From positions 207,683-271,682 of the forward strand of contig NMRA01000113.1 of NCBI GenBank assembly GCA_002633005.1: 64,000 nucleotides of DNA, written 5' to 3'. The notes beneath the pieces were generated by a model. The model saw only the letters and a list, made by a program, of their open reading frames with translations. It did not search any database and was not told the DNA's origin. The DNA comes from Phoronis australis. Lineage: Eukaryota; Animalia; Phoronida. Every line of letters begins with the position of its first letter. Within the stretch, counting starts at the first letter, position 1. Of this stretch, positions 60,894 through 64,000 are shown in pieces. The translations under genes were made by a program, and so were the position numbers.

Positions 60894-63185
60894 TGGTTCA
60901 GTCAGACGCAGACAAGGCATTTCGCGTCAAGTTCCCAGGATTGTTTTCCGGCTTAGGAAAAATGACTGCTGAAGCATCCATAAAACTGCAAGCTGAAAAC
61001 CAGCCGTTTGCCATTACCGTTCCACGTACCGTTCCATATCCGCTTATGGAACAAGTCAAAGCCGAGTTGGACAAAATGGTGGAAAATGATGTCATATATC
61101 CGGTAGAAGGTTCTACCGATTGGTGCTCACCTATGGTTGTGGTGCCAAAACCCAATAACAATGTCAGTATATGTATTGATTACACTGAACTGAACAAAGT
61201 TGATCAGAGGGAAGTTTTCATTATGAGTCATTATGAGTCATGTTGAAGCAAGTTTAGCCAAGTTAGGCTCAGGTGTGTTGTTCACAAAATTGGATGCGAA
61301 CTCCGGTTATTTATATCAGATTCCGTTGGCGAAGGATAGTCAACGCCTGACTACCTTTCTGATGCCCTTTGGTCGATTTGCGTATAAACGTTCACCTTTT
61401 GGACTGACGTCAAGCCCCGAAATCTACTCGGAAGATTGTAACAGAAGTGTTATCCGGACTTGATGGAGTAGTCGTCCACATGGATGATGTGTGTGTATGG
61501 GGTGGTTCAAAAGGAGAACATAACGCCAGAGTTCGTGCGGTCCTCGAGCGCATGGTCAGGGCTGGAATGACATTAAACGAGCAGAAGTGTGAGTTTTCAC
61601 GTGGTACCATATCGTTTCTCGGTCATGTCATCTCAAAGTCAGACAAAAAAGTCAATTCACATGCAGTACAGGGATTGGTCGATTTTCGTGCACCCCATAA
61701 CATTTCTGATGTTCGCAGTTTCCTCGGCATGGCACAACAGTTGTGCAAGTTCTCAGATCGCCTTGGAAAAATTAGTGGCCCTTTGCATGGTCTACTAAAA
61801 CGTGATGTCCCTTGGGCCTGGGGACCGGACCAGAGGAAGTCATTTGAGGACATTAAACGTGACTTGTCTAGAGGTGTCGAGTTAGTTGTGTATGACACCC
61901 AAAAGCCAACATTGCTTCAGACTGATGCGTCTGGAGACGGTCTCGGTGCAGCCCTCTATCAGAAACAATCTGATGGTGCGTGGCGATTAATATATGCAGC
62001 GTCGCGGTCTCAGTCACCGACTGAAAAACACTATGCTACCATCAAAAGAGTCACTAGGTGTGACGTGGGCTTGTGAAAAGTTTCGTAAGTACATTATTGG
62101 CAAGCACGTAACAATTCAGACGGACCATAAGCCATTGGTTCCGTTGCTCAACGACATCGAACTCGACAAACTGTCTCCCAGAATTCAGCGTTTTCGCATG
62201 CATCTCATGCGATATGACTACACGATGGAGTACATCAGTGAGAAGAACATTGTGGCGGATGCTTTGTCGAGGTCGACAGCTGTGCACTCCGTTGAAGATG
62301 AGTTGTTCACTTTGGAAGTTGAGCATTTCGCTGAGTGTAACTTGAGTCGTGCTGCTACGCCGAATAGCGCGTGTGGAAATTCAAAGGTGTCAGCGAGAGG
62401 ATGCAATTCTCTCAAAAGTGTTGTCGTTTGTGTCATCCTCATGGCCCAGTTATCTCAGTATTGAGGATTCTCTCCTGAGGCTGTATTTTGAGAATACGCA
62501 TGCTGAGATATCTCTCGTTAACAATACCTTAGTCAAAGGTACTGCCGTGATTGTTCCTACAACCATGCGAATGGATGTGCTTCAGAAAATCCATCAAGGT
62601 AACTTAGGAGTCACCAAGTGTAGAGAGAGAGCCAATCGCTTTGTGTGGTGGCCTGGCATGTCAAAGGAAATCGGTGACATGGTTCGTCATTGTGATAAGT
62701 GCCGTGTTACTACCAACGAATCGGATGAGTCGATCTTGAGATCAGAATTCCCAAGTCGTCCATGGGAAAAGTTAGGAAGTGATTTATTTCCTTTTAAGGG
62801 CCGAGATTATATGTTAGTGGTTGATTACTATTCGCGGTATGTAGAGGTTGCCTTGCTGAACAACAGTCAGGTGAAGTAATTCGTCATATGAAGTCCATTT
62901 TTGCGTGTCATGGGATTCCGGATCTTCTAGTTTCGGACAATGGACCGCAGTACGCGAGCAAAGAGTTTAGCCTTTTTGCCAAATCATACGGGCTTACTCA
63001 TGTGACAAGTTCGCCTAAACACCCAAGAAGTAACGGCGCAGCAGAGAGAGCGGTGCAAACAGTGAAGAGAATGCTGCAGAAAGTCGGACCCTTACCTTGC
63101 ACTACTCGCGTATCGTTCAGCCCCATTGGAGAACGATTTTTCTCCAGCCGAACTGTTGATGGGCCGCAAGATTCAAACAACCTTA
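60893..63185 (+). pseudogene. Element D: decayed Gypsy pol (RT, RNase H, integrase) related to element C, no LTRs seen
   Basis: ORF pieces 60893-63331: TKLDANSG, HMDDVCV, TDHKPL, GVTKCRERA, SDNGPQY; many frameshifts. Confidence 0.88.
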
Positions 63186-63700
63186 GGGCTGTTCCAGTAA
63201 AATCCGTGTGGGAGGGGGGGGACAGCAGTAGAAATAAAAATTCATGGGTGGTGGTCTTCAGAAAAAAACTTAAATTATGGGTGGTTGTTCCTGTAAGAAG
63301 TGATGCATTAAAAATGGGTCGTATTTTTTAACTGTTAATGTTGACAGGTTGGTTACTTCACCTTCAAAACTCAACAAAATGCAATTGGCATATATCCTAA
63401 CTTATTCAAATACAAAAAAGCCCATATTGCCACTGAACAGAGTGCAATATGTTCACTAAGCCATTAATCAAGTCATGGGCAACTTGCTTTGAGCTAACTG
63501 TTTGTCTGCAGTCCTATTGTATTGAAAAGTTATGCAACACTTTACTGGTGTTAACACATATAAGAAAATTGATGATTTTTAAATAAAAAGTATGAGGAGT
63601 AAGATAAAGTAGTCGGTGGGCCAGATTTTGTAGGGCCTCTAGAAACTGGTTTTTGTGAGTACTTTAGGGGGGCAATTTTATTTTGGTGTTTTTTAATTCA
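63186..63700. mobile_element. Possible Harbinger-like MITE truncating element D
   Basis: TTA|gggctgttcc starts exactly where integrase similarity ends; right end not resolved. Confidence 0.3.
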
Positions 63701-64000
63701 TTTACTAGAGTGTTTTCAAAATCTAAAAAGTTCCCACATATAAAGTTGCACATTTTTGAGAAATTTGAGTTTGAAGTTACCTAATAATCACCAAAGAGCT
63801 TAGTAAACTTATATTTGTAAAAACAACAGTTTTGGTGACGTTTTTGAAAAACAAGTAATATGGTCCCATCAGTGCCATTGTATTGAACAATATTACACTC
63901 ACATTACATGTTTTACTATTGTAAATTAATTGTAAACAGTGAAATTTAAAAAACGTAAAGAGACACCTAGTGGCAAAAATGCAAACTAAGTCTGAATGTT

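Noticed and set aside
46875-63180. Many minus-strand ORFs over the retrotransposons
   Set aside because: Antisense shadows of pol coding frames with no motifs

Overview
AT-rich animal (invertebrate-like) genomic DNA with spliceosomal introns and four single-N assembly joins (8173, 13958, 18900, 45765); not prokaryotic, no CRISPR or rRNA. One host gene can be built by hand: a roughly 9-coding-exon CENP-T orthologue (26723-41603, +, about 520 aa). It has three N-terminal TPR-x-[LI]-I-x-x-[VF]-L motifs, an acidic linker and a C-terminal histone fold with an altered L2 loop. Positions 45.5-63.2 kb are a deep nest of Ty3/Gypsy LTR retrotransposons: at least six elements, three with exact 5-bp target-site duplications (TSDs), one with an intact 4.15-kb single-ORF structure, plus a LINE ORF1 fragment. 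The rest is transposon debris: several Helentron-associated (HINE/DINE-1-like) elements with internal satellite arrays, a Penelope-like fragment with an inverted pLTR and a possible hammerhead, a 4.6-kb TA-flanked TIR element, a TTAA-flanked Kolobok-like element, THAP and Psq-HTH remnants, an L2/Crack-like LINE, MITEs and minisatellites. No unambiguous new biological system is evident. The best leads are the CENP-T architecture, a C2H2-like ORF at the 3' end of an LTR element, and the LTR nest itself.
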